Source: Oscillospiraceae bacterium
GTDB lineage: Bacteria > Bacillota > Clostridia > Oscillospirales > Acutalibacteraceae
Length of the DNA: 64,000 nucleotides
Reading direction: 5' to 3'
Assembly (NCBI GenBank): GCA_031551875.1
Contig: JAVBNA010000020.1
Span: forward strand, 2,167-66,166
Part shown: positions 9,315-17,416 of the stretch, piece by piece
Numbering within the stretch: position 1 is the first letter of the stretch
How the letters are laid out: each line of letters starts with the position of its first letter
Translations under genes and position numbers: made by a program
The notes under the pieces: generated by a model
Told to the model about the DNA's origin: nothing
What the model saw: the letters and a program-made list of their open reading frames with translations, nothing else
The model's database searches: none

Positions 9315-9803
9315 TCAAGCCATATTTGATTTTTTAACGCTTTTTTTCGTTCGACAACGCTTCTTTTTCAAAAAAGCACTGCTTTTTTGACGCCATTTTT
9401 TTAACAGCCCCGCAATTTTACGCAAAATCCTCCTCAGGAATTTTTTTATCGGCAGGATAATTCTCCGATTGAGAAATTCATACACCTTTTGGGCAATATC
9501 AATTATAAACTTCCCCACCGCAAAAATCAGCGCCCCCAAGGTGAAATAATAGGCCGCGAAACCGATCACCACGCCCAGCAGGATATATCCGCGCACCTCC
9601 CCCTCGGTGATGTTCATCAGCACCGCAAAGGTCGCGATCGCGCTGGTGGCAAAAAACAGGATGTCCTGCCAGAAAATCGCCCAGCGCGAAAAATGCGCAA
9701 AGTAGCGCAGCAGCTTATAGGCGGTATGGTACACGCCCAGCACAGCCCCAAACAAACAGAATGCGCCGAAGCCGCCGATCTGGTCGAGCAGTTTAATCTC
9801 CAC
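9315..9803 (-). CDS. yabQ: Spore cortex biosynthesis protein YabQ
   Basis: 162 aa multi-TM protein directly downstream of yabP, with YabQ-like hydrophobic repeats. GTG start. Confidence 0.75.
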   Translation of the reverse strand: MEIKLLDQIGGFGAFCLFGAVLGVYHTAYKLLRYFAHFSRWAIFWQDILFFATSAIATFAVLMNITEGEVRGYILLGVVIGFAAYYFTLGALIFAVGKFIIDIAQKVYEFLNRRIILPIKKFLRRILRKIAGLLKKWRQKSSAFLKKKRCRTKKSVKKSNMA

Positions 9804-9813
9804 GTCCGGCCGC

Positions 9814-10101
9814 CTACTTAAACAGCTTGGAGAAAAAGCCTCCGCCGCTCTTCTGCTGGTCGGAATAGGTCAGCGAATTGATTTCCCCCTCCACGGAAAG
9901 CTCGCCCGTCTCCACACTCAGCTTGCCGATGCGCAGGTTGATCCCGCGGACACACAGCTCCCCCTGTCCGGTGTACAACACGATGGTCTGATCGTCGAAG
10001 CTGTCCACATCTGACACGCCCGAAAGCGAAAGCTTTTTTCGCCCCTCCAAAATGAGGTTGTGGGGAGTTTTTACCGTTTTCATCTCCTGCTGTACTGCCA
10101 T
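9814..10101 (-). CDS. yabP: Sporulation protein YabP
   Basis: Motifs HNLILEGRKKLSLSGV and DSFDDQTIVLYT. Start set at the ATG at 10101, 9 nt after GAAAGG. Confidence 0.85.
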   Translation of the reverse strand: MAVQQEMKTVKTPHNLILEGRKKLSLSGVSDVDSFDDQTIVLYTGQGELCVRGINLRIGKLSVETGELSVEGEINSLTYSDQQKSGGGFFSKLFK

Positions 10102-10177
10102 AGGAATCATCCTTTCTTTGTGCCGGGCATGAAAAACCGCCGGCATCTATCGCATATATATGCGCCGGCGGCATTCT

Positions 10178-10447
10178 TTAGGACTGTTCCAGCTCCTGCT
10201 TTTGGATGTCCATAAATTCATACATCTCTGCGGCGTCACCCTTGGTGGCGTGCTCCGTAACGCGCAGCACCCTCGCCTTGACCGTCCGTGCGCCCAGCGT
10301 CACCTCGATCACGTCGCCGCATTTGACGTCATAGGATGCGCGGGCGGGCTTGCCGTTTACGAGAATCCGCCCGGCGTCGCACGCCTCATTGGCCACGGTG
10401 CGGCGCTTGATCAGCCGGGAAACCTTCAGATATTTGTCCAGTCTCAT
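10178..10447 (-). CDS. rqcP: S4-domain RNA-binding protein (YabO/RqcP, Hsp15-like)
   Basis: 89 aa. MRLDKYLKVSRLIKRRTVA...GRILVNG S4 fold. Synteny yabO-yabP-yabQ-divIC. Confidence 0.8.
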   Translation of the reverse strand: MRLDKYLKVSRLIKRRTVANEACDAGRILVNGKPARASYDVKCGDVIEVTLGARTVKARVLRVTEHATKGDAAEMYEFMDIQKQELEQS

Positions 10448-10459
10448 GCTTTTCTCCTT

Positions 10460-10615
10460 TAGTCGAACCTCTTGGAATTCAAGTTGTCTTTTTGGTCTGT
10501 TTTCCGCCTTGCTTCATTGTCCTCCTTGCCTTGCGTCAGCAAGGTTGCGTCGTCCGCCTCGAAAAACAAAAAACATTCTCAAAAATCCTGCCTCGTCTTT
10601 CAAGTAGTTCGACTA
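10460..10615 (-). repeat. Conserved intergenic element, copy A (possible structured leader RNA or MITE-like repeat)
   Basis: Roughly three quarters identical by eye over ~110 nt to 31960-32095, in opposite genomic orientation. Central hairpin CCTTGC-TGAC-GCAAGG. Terminal inverted repeat TAGTCGAAC/GTTCGACTA abuts the SD of rqcP. Confidence 0.6.
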
Positions 10616-10622
10616 TACAACG

Positions 10623-10657
10623 AAACCGACCTTATGCAAAAACAATAAGGTCGGTTT
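10623..10657 (-). terminator. Terminator of hup
   Basis: Arms AAACCGACCTTAT/ATAAGGTCGGTTT with a 9-nt loop, about 30 nt after the hup stop. T-rich after the stem on the minus strand. Confidence 0.65.
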
Positions 10658-10686
10658 AATTCTTTGCAACCTACAGGCCGCTCGGA

Positions 10687-10965
10687 TTATTTCTTTTCGA
10701 CAGCAGTCTTGAACGCCTTGCCAACTTTAAAGGCCGGCACGGTCGAAGCCGGAATCACGAGCGGGGAGTTAGTTCTGGGGTCGCGTCCGGTTCTTTCGCT
10801 TCTGTGACGAAGCTCAAAGGTACCAAAGCCAACCAGCTGAACCTTCTCGTCCTTGGCGACGGTCTCGACGATAGCGTCGATCACGGCGTTGACGGCCTTC
10901 TCGGCGTCCTTCTTGGAAAACTCGGTTTTCTCGGATACGGCTGCGATCAGTTCTGACTTATTCAT
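10687..10965 (-). CDS. hup: HU-family DNA-binding protein
   Basis: 92 aa. MNKSELI...GFGTFE.R.R..R.GRNP.T-type signature (GFGTFELRHRSERTGRDPRT). Confidence 0.95.
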   Translation of the reverse strand: MNKSELIAAVSEKTEFSKKDAEKAVNAVIDAIVETVAKDEKVQLVGFGTFELRHRSERTGRDPRTNSPLVIPASTVPAFKVGKAFKTAVEKK

Positions 10966-10990
10966 TTTCTTACCTCCAAATTTTCTTTAT

Positions 10991-11812
10991 TCAAAGGGAG
11001 TTTTCATTCTCCTTGGAATGCATTTGTGCTTTGACCTCGTCCCACAGCGTGTCCAGCTCTTCGAGCGCCGCACTGGTCATGTCCAGTCCGCGCTCCTGCG
11101 CCAGCTGCTCCACACGGGCAAAACGCTCGGTGAACTTGTCCGTCGCGCGGGTGAGCGCCTCCTCGGACTGTACGTCCACAAAACGTGACACATTGACAGC
11201 GGCAAACAGCACATCGCCCAGCTCTTCCTCGATCTCACGGGGATTCCCGTCCTCGACCGCCTCCAGAAGCTCCTCCGCCTCCTCGCTGAGCTTCGACAGA
11301 GCGCCGTACACGTCGTTCCAGTCGAATCCCACTTTAGCGGCCTTATGCTGCACCTTCTGGGCGCGCATGAGCGCCGGAAAGCCACGAGGCACGCTGCGCA
11401 TGGCGTCGGCCGTGGTGTGCTGGTTCTTTTCCTCGCGTTTGATGCTGTCCCAGTTGTGCAGAACCTGCTCGCTGGTCTCGGCCACCACGTCGCCAAAAAT
11501 GTGCGGGTGACGGTGAATGAGCTTTTTGCAGATGCCGTCGGATACGTCGTCAAAAGTAAATGTACCGCGTTCCGCTTCCATCTGTGCGTGAAAGACCACC
11601 TGAAGCAGCACGTCACCCAGCTCCTCCCGGAGCCCGTCGGTGTCGTCCGCGTCAATTGCGTCGATTACTTCATAGGTTTCCTCGATAAAATTGGAGCGGA
11701 TGGACGAATGGGTTTGTTCCTTGTCCCAGGGACATCCCTCGGGCGAACGCAACAGTTTCATGATTTTTAACAAATCTTCCGCCGTATACCGTTCTTTTTT
11801 TTCAAAAAGCAA
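10991..11812 (-). CDS. mazG: MazG nucleoside triphosphate pyrophosphohydrolase (YabN-like, tandem MazG domains)
   Basis: 273 aa. CPWDKEQTH, EE.YE..DAI and EELGD.L motifs, each occurring twice. Confidence 0.9.
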   Translation of the reverse strand: MLFEKKERYTAEDLLKIMKLLRSPEGCPWDKEQTHSSIRSNFIEETYEVIDAIDADDTDGLREELGDVLLQVVFHAQMEAERGTFTFDDVSDGICKKLIHRHPHIFGDVVAETSEQVLHNWDSIKREEKNQHTTADAMRSVPRGFPALMRAQKVQHKAAKVGFDWNDVYGALSKLSEEAEELLEAVEDGNPREIEEELGDVLFAAVNVSRFVDVQSEEALTRATDKFTERFARVEQLAQERGLDMTSAALEELDTLWDEVKAQMHSKENENSL

Positions 11813-11860
11813 GAAAAAGCACCCTCATTCGCCATTGGAATCATTTGACATACATGTATT

Positions 11861-13750
11861 CTACCCTATCCAGTTGTATTTTTCAAGTATTTTCGCAATT
11901 TTTTGGCCTTTTGGCAACATGAGAATGTCATCTTTAGAAACTGCCTTGAGCAAAAGCAGGGCAACGACGTATAAAATCACCGCGACGCCGAGCGCCAGAA
12001 GGGTGGCTATTTTATCCGAAAGGAAGCGGGCGAGAAGTCCCTGCGCTGCCCACGCCGACCCACAGCAGATCAGTGACGCGATCAGCGGCTTGACAAACAC
12101 CGAGTTGAAATTCGGAACAATCCTAGTGATGCGGCACAGCGCAACAATGTCAAGCGTAAAGATGATGACATAGCACAGGAAGGTGCCCACCGGGCCGCCG
12201 TTGATGTTGACCGACGGAATGCTGACCAGAAAATAGGTTGAGACAAGCTTCACCACGGCGCCCACCGCCATGAACTTGACCGGCAGATCCACGCGTCCCA
12301 CGCCCTGGATCATACTGCTCAGCGGGATGGACATTGCGACAAAGACGACCCCGATTCCGAACACGGTCAGCACGGGGGTGGCGATCGCCGCCGCGTTTGC
12401 GTCACTGTAGAGCAGGCGCATGATTGGTCCGGACAGCGCAGCAAGGCCAAAGCCCGCCGGGATGGATACAAGCGCTGTGATGCGGATGATTGACTCGATG
12501 CTGCGCTTGAGCTCGGCCCTATCCTTCTGAACCCAAGCAGTGGTGACCGTGGGCAGCGCACTGATGCCAAAAGCCTGCGTCAGCGTGGGTACGAGCGTAT
12601 AGAGCGTCTGCGCCATGCCATAGCAGCCGTACAGCGTTGTGACGATCTTATCGGGGTTGACCCCCGACAGCAGGGAACCGTACAGATCCTTGAGATAGCC
12701 CGGCTGGGTGTCCTGAATGTGCCCCAGACGGTTCTGCACGAAGAAAACGTCAATGAAATTGGCCACGTTGGTCACCAGTGCGCCCAGCGCAATGGGGATC
12801 GCAATGCTCACCATAGAGCGGAAAATCTCCTTGCGGGACAGTGCCGGCGGAGCGGCGGCCAGCTCTTCTTTTGTAATGCCGTCTCCTTTGCGCCTGTGGC
12901 GGATCAGGAGATAAAGATAGGCGATCACAGAGCCCACCGTCACGCCCAGCACCGCGCCCGCCGCCGCGAAGGGCAGCGCCTGGTTGCGAGCCATATCCTG
13001 CGGCTTGTTCTGGATTTTTTCCGCACGCAGCTCGTCGTAACGGGCGTCGCGCTGCCCGGCTTGCAGTTTACCCTCTTCCATCTCAGTGTCAAGAGTCAGG
13101 TTTATCTCCTTTTCGTCCTCTGCGGTAAAGGTCACCGCCTGACCATAGACTGTACCCTGCGTTTCATATTCACGCAAACCGTTTGACACGCCGGCACTGA
13201 GCACAAGCGCCGCGACCAGAAGCCCCAGTAGCAGCTTGCACAGCGCCTCAATGACCTGGGAAACGGCGGTCGGGTACATGTTGCGCAGACCCTCATAATA
13301 GCCGCGCTGTACCGACATCATGCAGCTGAACAGCAACGTCGGCGCAAGCACCAGCACGCTGTACACGGCGGAGGGGTTGTGCACCGCGTCGGAAAACGGG
13401 AAGGCGCCGAAGAACATCAGGAAGAAGCCGGCGAGCCCCGTAATCGTAAAGAGCGGCACGGCAGCGCGGTAGATCTGCCGCACGTCGTTGTAGCGCTTGA
13501 GCGCCACCTTCTCCGCCACCATGCGCGCGACCGCGATGGGGAAGCCCGCCGTCGCGATGGTATAGATGGGCATGTAGAGGTTATACGCCGTATTGAAATA
13601 GCCCAGCCCCTGCGCCCCCAGCAGATTGGTCAGCGGGATTTTGAACACCGCGCCGATGATCTTGACCAGGATCGTCCCCATCGACAGGATGAGAGCGCCC
13701 TGGAGGAAACTCTGTTTTTTACTCTTCGACTGTAGCGTCAAGCCAAACAC
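11861..13750 (-). CDS. MOP-superfamily flippase (SpoVB/YabM/MurJ-like)
   Basis: 629 aa polytopic protein. N-terminal FLQGALILSMGTILVKIIGAVFKIPLTN. Position upstream of mazG matches B. subtilis yabM. GTG start is uncertain. Confidence 0.75.
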   Translation of the reverse strand: MFGLTLQSKSKKQSFLQGALILSMGTILVKIIGAVFKIPLTNLLGAQGLGYFNTAYNLYMPIYTIATAGFPIAVARMVAEKVALKRYNDVRQIYRAAVPLFTITGLAGFFLMFFGAFPFSDAVHNPSAVYSVLVLAPTLLFSCMMSVQRGYYEGLRNMYPTAVSQVIEALCKLLLGLLVAALVLSAGVSNGLREYETQGTVYGQAVTFTAEDEKEINLTLDTEMEEGKLQAGQRDARYDELRAEKIQNKPQDMARNQALPFAAAGAVLGVTVGSVIAYLYLLIRHRRKGDGITKEELAAAPPALSRKEIFRSMVSIAIPIALGALVTNVANFIDVFFVQNRLGHIQDTQPGYLKDLYGSLLSGVNPDKIVTTLYGCYGMAQTLYTLVPTLTQAFGISALPTVTTAWVQKDRAELKRSIESIIRITALVSIPAGFGLAALSGPIMRLLYSDANAAAIATPVLTVFGIGVVFVAMSIPLSSMIQGVGRVDLPVKFMAVGAVVKLVSTYFLVSIPSVNINGGPVGTFLCYVIIFTLDIVALCRITRIVPNFNSVFVKPLIASLICCGSAWAAQGLLARFLSDKIATLLALGVAVILYVVALLLLKAVSKDDILMLPKGQKIAKILEKYNWIG

Positions 13751-13830
13751 TTCCTAAACCAAATTATTGTGCGTCGAAAAAGCACATCATAAAGGATTAT
13801 ATTACATCATTACACGCAATATGTACAGCC

Positions 13831-15111
13831 CTATTTGGATATTTTTTCAAGTATACCCGCTGTCTTTGCCTTGATGTGCTCAAGGTCAAGCCCCGGAAAC
13901 GCCCCGTTCTCATAGACCACCCGCCCCCGGCACATGGTAAGCCTGATGTCGGACGAATGGGCGCAATACACCAGATGAACCGCCTTGTCATAGCAGGGCA
14001 ACATATGAACCCCGCTGTAATCCACAACCGCGAGGTCGGCAATCTGCCCCGGCACAATGCGCCCCGTATCCGTCCGGCCCTGCGCCTGCGCGCCTGCGAG
14101 CGCCGCCATATGCAGTGTATCGGCGGGTGTGAGCGCCGACGGATCCCCCAGCATCCCGTTTTGCAGCAGCGCCGCAAAGCGCATCTCCTTGATCATGTCA
14201 AAATTGTTGTTGCTTGCGACGCCGTCGGTGCCCAGCGCCACGCGTATGCCCTTTTTCCGCATACGGTGTATGGGCGCGACGCCGCTGCCCAGCTTCATGT
14301 TGCTGGTTGGGCAGTGTGCCACGGTTACGCCCTTGTCGTGCAGAATGTCCATGTCATCGTCGGTCACGTGCACGCAGTGCGCCGCCGTCGTTGGCACATC
14401 GAAAAGCCCCAGCGACGCAAAATAGGCGGCGGGAGTCTTGCCGTGGCGCGTCGCGCACTCCTCGTGCTCCTTTTTTGTTTCGGACAGGTGGACGTGCATA
14501 CAGCTGCCGATCTCTTTGGTGTAGACGGCCATGTCCGACACAATGCGCGGGTTCGTTGTGTATTCTGCGTGGATGCACATGTCGACGAGAAGCTGTCCCT
14601 CGCCCGCACCGTGTAAGTTCTCATACAACCGGCGTGCCTCGTCAAAGGAGGCCTGCTCGGACAGCGGGAGGTCGTTGAAGCAGGTCAGCCCCCGCGAAAG
14701 GTTACAGCTGATGCCGGTTTCGAGCACCGCTCTGGCGATGTCCTCACAAAAATAGTACATCTCGGTAAAGCTCGTGATGCCGTTTTGCAGCATTTCGGCG
14801 ATGCCCAGCAGACTCCCGTAATACACCGCCTCGCCGTCGAGCTGCGCCTCAAAGGGGAAGATGCGGTCACTCAGCCACCGGTCGAGCGGCAGCCCCTCCC
14901 CGTACCCGCGCAGCAGCGTCATGGGCACATGGCAGTGGGCGTTGATAAAGCCGGGGATCAGCAGCTTGCCCCGTCCATTATATATGCGCCCGTACTCTCC
15001 GTCGGGGCGCTCGTCTCCCATATATTCAATGGTCTTGCCTATCACGCCGACATACCGGTTTTGGGAAACCGTTCCGTCAGCGTTGAGTACATCTATCTTT
15101 TCAAAAAGCAT
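13831..15111 (-). CDS. mtaD: Amidohydrolase, 5-methylthioadenosine/S-adenosylhomocysteine deaminase-like
   Basis: 426 aa. FINAHCHVPMTLLRG, HLSET and GTDG motifs. Adjacent to a purine nucleoside phosphorylase gene. Confidence 0.7.
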   Translation of the reverse strand: MLFEKIDVLNADGTVSQNRYVGVIGKTIEYMGDERPDGEYGRIYNGRGKLLIPGFINAHCHVPMTLLRGYGEGLPLDRWLSDRIFPFEAQLDGEAVYYGSLLGIAEMLQNGITSFTEMYYFCEDIARAVLETGISCNLSRGLTCFNDLPLSEQASFDEARRLYENLHGAGEGQLLVDMCIHAEYTTNPRIVSDMAVYTKEIGSCMHVHLSETKKEHEECATRHGKTPAAYFASLGLFDVPTTAAHCVHVTDDDMDILHDKGVTVAHCPTSNMKLGSGVAPIHRMRKKGIRVALGTDGVASNNNFDMIKEMRFAALLQNGMLGDPSALTPADTLHMAALAGAQAQGRTDTGRIVPGQIADLAVVDYSGVHMLPCYDKAVHLVYCAHSSDIRLTMCRGRVVYENGAFPGLDLEHIKAKTAGILEKISK

Positions 15112-15123
15112 GGCCTTTCCTCC

Positions 15124-15945
15124 TTATACTCTTTCCAAAAAAGCTTCGATCAGGTCGCCCAACCGTCCAGCGGCCTGCCTGCCGACCCCGACGACCTCCT
15201 CGCCCGACAGCGTCCCCCCGCTCATGCCGGCGGCCAGGTTGGTGATACAGGAAACGCCCAGCACCTCTATGCCGCACTGCACCGCCGTGATGGTCTCGGT
15301 CACCGTGGACATGCCCACCGCGTCTCCGCCCAGGATGCGGATTGCGCGGATCTCGGCGGGCGTTTCAAACTGCGGCCCCGCCATATAGAAATAGACGCCC
15401 TCCTGAAGCGGCACGCCCCGCTCTTGTGCGGCCTCCTTCGCAAGCGCGCGCAGGTTGGCGGAGTAGGCGTCCCCCATGTCGAAGAAGCGCTCGCCAAACG
15501 CGTTAATGTTCGGGCCGCGCACAGGGCTTTCGGCGCACAGCTTGATATGGTCGGAGATCAGCATCAGGTCGCCCACTGAAAAGTCCTCGTTGACCCCGCC
15601 CGCGGCGTTGGTGAGAATGACCCGTTTCACACCGCACAGCGAGAGCATTCTCATGGGAAAGGCGGCCTGCGCCATGGTATAGCCCTCATAGAAATGAAAC
15701 CGCCCGGACAGCACAAGCAGCGGACGCCCGCCAAGCCTGCCCGCCAGCAGACGTCCTGCGTGGGACTGCACGCTTGTTTTGTGCAGGTGCGGGATATTCT
15801 CGTAGGGAAGGGAGACGACGTCGGTCATGCGCTCCGCCACAAGCCCCAGTCCCGATCCCAGCACTAGGGCGGTTTCCGGGACCGTGCCCAGCTTGTCCAT
15901 GATGTATGCCGCACTTTCACGGTATTCCTCCAATGAATATGACAT
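15124..15945 (-). CDS. punA: Purine nucleoside phosphorylase (PNP/MTAP family)
   Basis: 273 aa. LGSGLG, GRFHFYEG, ILTNAAGG and VGMSTV motifs. Confidence 0.9.
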   Translation of the reverse strand: MSYSLEEYRESAAYIMDKLGTVPETALVLGSGLGLVAERMTDVVSLPYENIPHLHKTSVQSHAGRLLAGRLGGRPLLVLSGRFHFYEGYTMAQAAFPMRMLSLCGVKRVILTNAAGGVNEDFSVGDLMLISDHIKLCAESPVRGPNINAFGERFFDMGDAYSANLRALAKEAAQERGVPLQEGVYFYMAGPQFETPAEIRAIRILGGDAVGMSTVTETITAVQCGIEVLGVSCITNLAAGMSGGTLSGEEVVGVGRQAAGRLGDLIEAFLERV

Positions 15946-15966
15946 ATGTGATGCCTCCCATACTGC

Positions 15967-15996
15967 AAAAAAGGGCTGTTTGTCACAGCCCTTTCT
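15967..15996 (-). terminator. Terminator after the 16016-16375 gene
   Basis: AAGGGCTGT-ttgtc-ACAGCCCTT. The preceding A-run on the + strand gives a T-run after the stem on the - strand. Confidence 0.65.
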
Positions 15997-16015
15997 CCGT
16001 TTTGTATTTTTTTAG

Positions 16016-16375
16016 TTACAGAAGCTGCCCGCCGCATTTGCTGCAAAAGAGGGAATCCTCCGGATTCTCTTTGCCGCACGACTTGCATTTCTTGCGTTTT
16101 TTGAGTTCCGAAATGCGGTCATTGATGATGTCAAGCTGCTCATACAGCTCATCAATCTCCGCCACGCTGGCCTCCGACAGCGGCTCAATGTCCGCCTCGG
16201 TCTTGATCCCGTCATAGACCACACGTCCCAGCGCTTCAAAGCGCTTTTCAATTTGACCGTTGATGTCCGCCGCGTGGAAACGAAGCTTGGACATATCCCA
16301 AAGCGATACGGCCTTCCTGCTGACCGCGCTGGCTGCGGATTTGGCGTTGACCACGGCGTCGTCAAACAAACTCAT
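16016..16375 (-). CDS. Coiled-coil protein with C-terminal zinc ribbon
   Basis: C-terminus CKSCGKENPEDSLFCSKCGG. Start set at the ATG at 16375, 8 nt after AAAGGTGG. TTGAAA-17-TGgTATACT promoter upstream. Confidence 0.6.
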   Translation of the reverse strand: MSLFDDAVVNAKSAASAVSRKAVSLWDMSKLRFHAADINGQIEKRFEALGRVVYDGIKTEADIEPLSEASVAEIDELYEQLDIINDRISELKKRKKCKSCGKENPEDSLFCSKCGGQLL

Positions 16376-16453
16376 ATGGAAAACCACCTTTCACACTGCT
16401 TTTCGTTTTGCTGGGTTTAGTATACCATTTTTACGCACAGATTTCAATAGTAA

Positions 16454-17416
16454 TCAACTATAAATCCCACCGCCATAAAATTCGCGCAGCAGCGAATCCC
16501 TGGGAACAAGCCGCGTGTCGATGGGCACAAAGGAGCGAAGCCCCTCCAGCAGATGCTGCGCCATGTCATAGTAAGGGCTGCTCTCCTCCCTCAGCATCTT
16601 GAGCAGCGGCACCGCCGTGTGCAGAAACACGCACGGCTCGTAGATGTGCACCGAATTGATCGTATAGTCGGACAGGCGCTTGTACGGTTCGATGTAGATG
16701 TCCTCCCCACGGCAGATGTCCTCCCACATCGACATGGTGCGCTCGGGCGTGCAGTTGCGGAAATTGAAATCGCGCACCAAGCGGCGGATCAGCCGCAGCT
16801 CACGCGCGGTGATGATGCATTTGTTCTCCGTCTCGATGCCCTGCTTAACACTGATGTAAATTTTGATCAGCGCTTCACGGGGCAGGTGGTCGGTAATGGC
16901 CGGATTGAGGGCGTGGATGCCCTCAATGATGGCGATTTCGTTGTCTCTGAGCTCGACAAGCTCCTTCCCGTCGGCGGGACGGCGAAGGTTGAAGTCAAAA
17001 ATGGGCATCAGACTTCTGCCTACGGTGACAAGCTCTGTGAGGCAGGCAAGCATTTGCGGAAGGTCGAGGGCGTGCACTGATTCATAGTCGTACTTGCCGT
17101 TCTCCATCAGGGGCGCCTGCCCCTCGCCCAGATAAAAGCGGTCCATCTCCACTGACACCGCGCGCACGCCCCGGCCGCGCAGCTGTTCGCGCAGCATCTT
17201 GGAGGTGGTGGTCTTTCCCGAGCTGGACGGCCCCGCCAGCATCACGGCACGGCAGGTTCTGACATTTTGGGCGATGTCGTCGGCCAGCATCTCCACGCTC
17301 TTGCGATAGGACAGCTCAATCAGCCGGATGATCTCCCCCGGCTCGTTTTGCGCCGCACGGTTGATGTCCTCCAAGTGATAGGTGTAGCGGATATACGAGT
17401 TGGCCAAATTCTTCAT
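16454..17416 (-). CDS. Uridine-kinase-family P-loop nucleoside kinase
   Basis: 320 aa. Walker A LAGPSSSGKTTT, plus DRFYL and IIEGIHALNP motifs. Confidence 0.6.
   Translation of the reverse strand: MKNLANSYIRYTYHLEDINRAAQNEPGEIIRLIELSYRKSVEMLADDIAQNVRTCRAVMLAGPSSSGKTTTSKMLREQLRGRGVRAVSVEMDRFYLGEGQAPLMENGKYDYESVHALDLPQMLACLTELVTVGRSLMPIFDFNLRRPADGKELVELRDNEIAIIEGIHALNPAITDHLPREALIKIYISVKQGIETENKCIITARELRLIRRLVRDFNFRNCTPERTMSMWEDICRGEDIYIEPYKRLSDYTINSVHIYEPCVFLHTAVPLLKMLREESSPYYDMAQHLLEGLRSFVPIDTRLVPRDSLLREFYGGGIYS

Noticed and set aside
10479-10517. 12-codon ORF (MKQGGKQTKKTT) with a strong SD (AAGGAGG-5 nt-ATG) inside element copy A
   Set aside because: The ATG is ACG in copy B and the reading frame is not conserved. 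The SD-like string is probably part of the element rather than a leader peptide.
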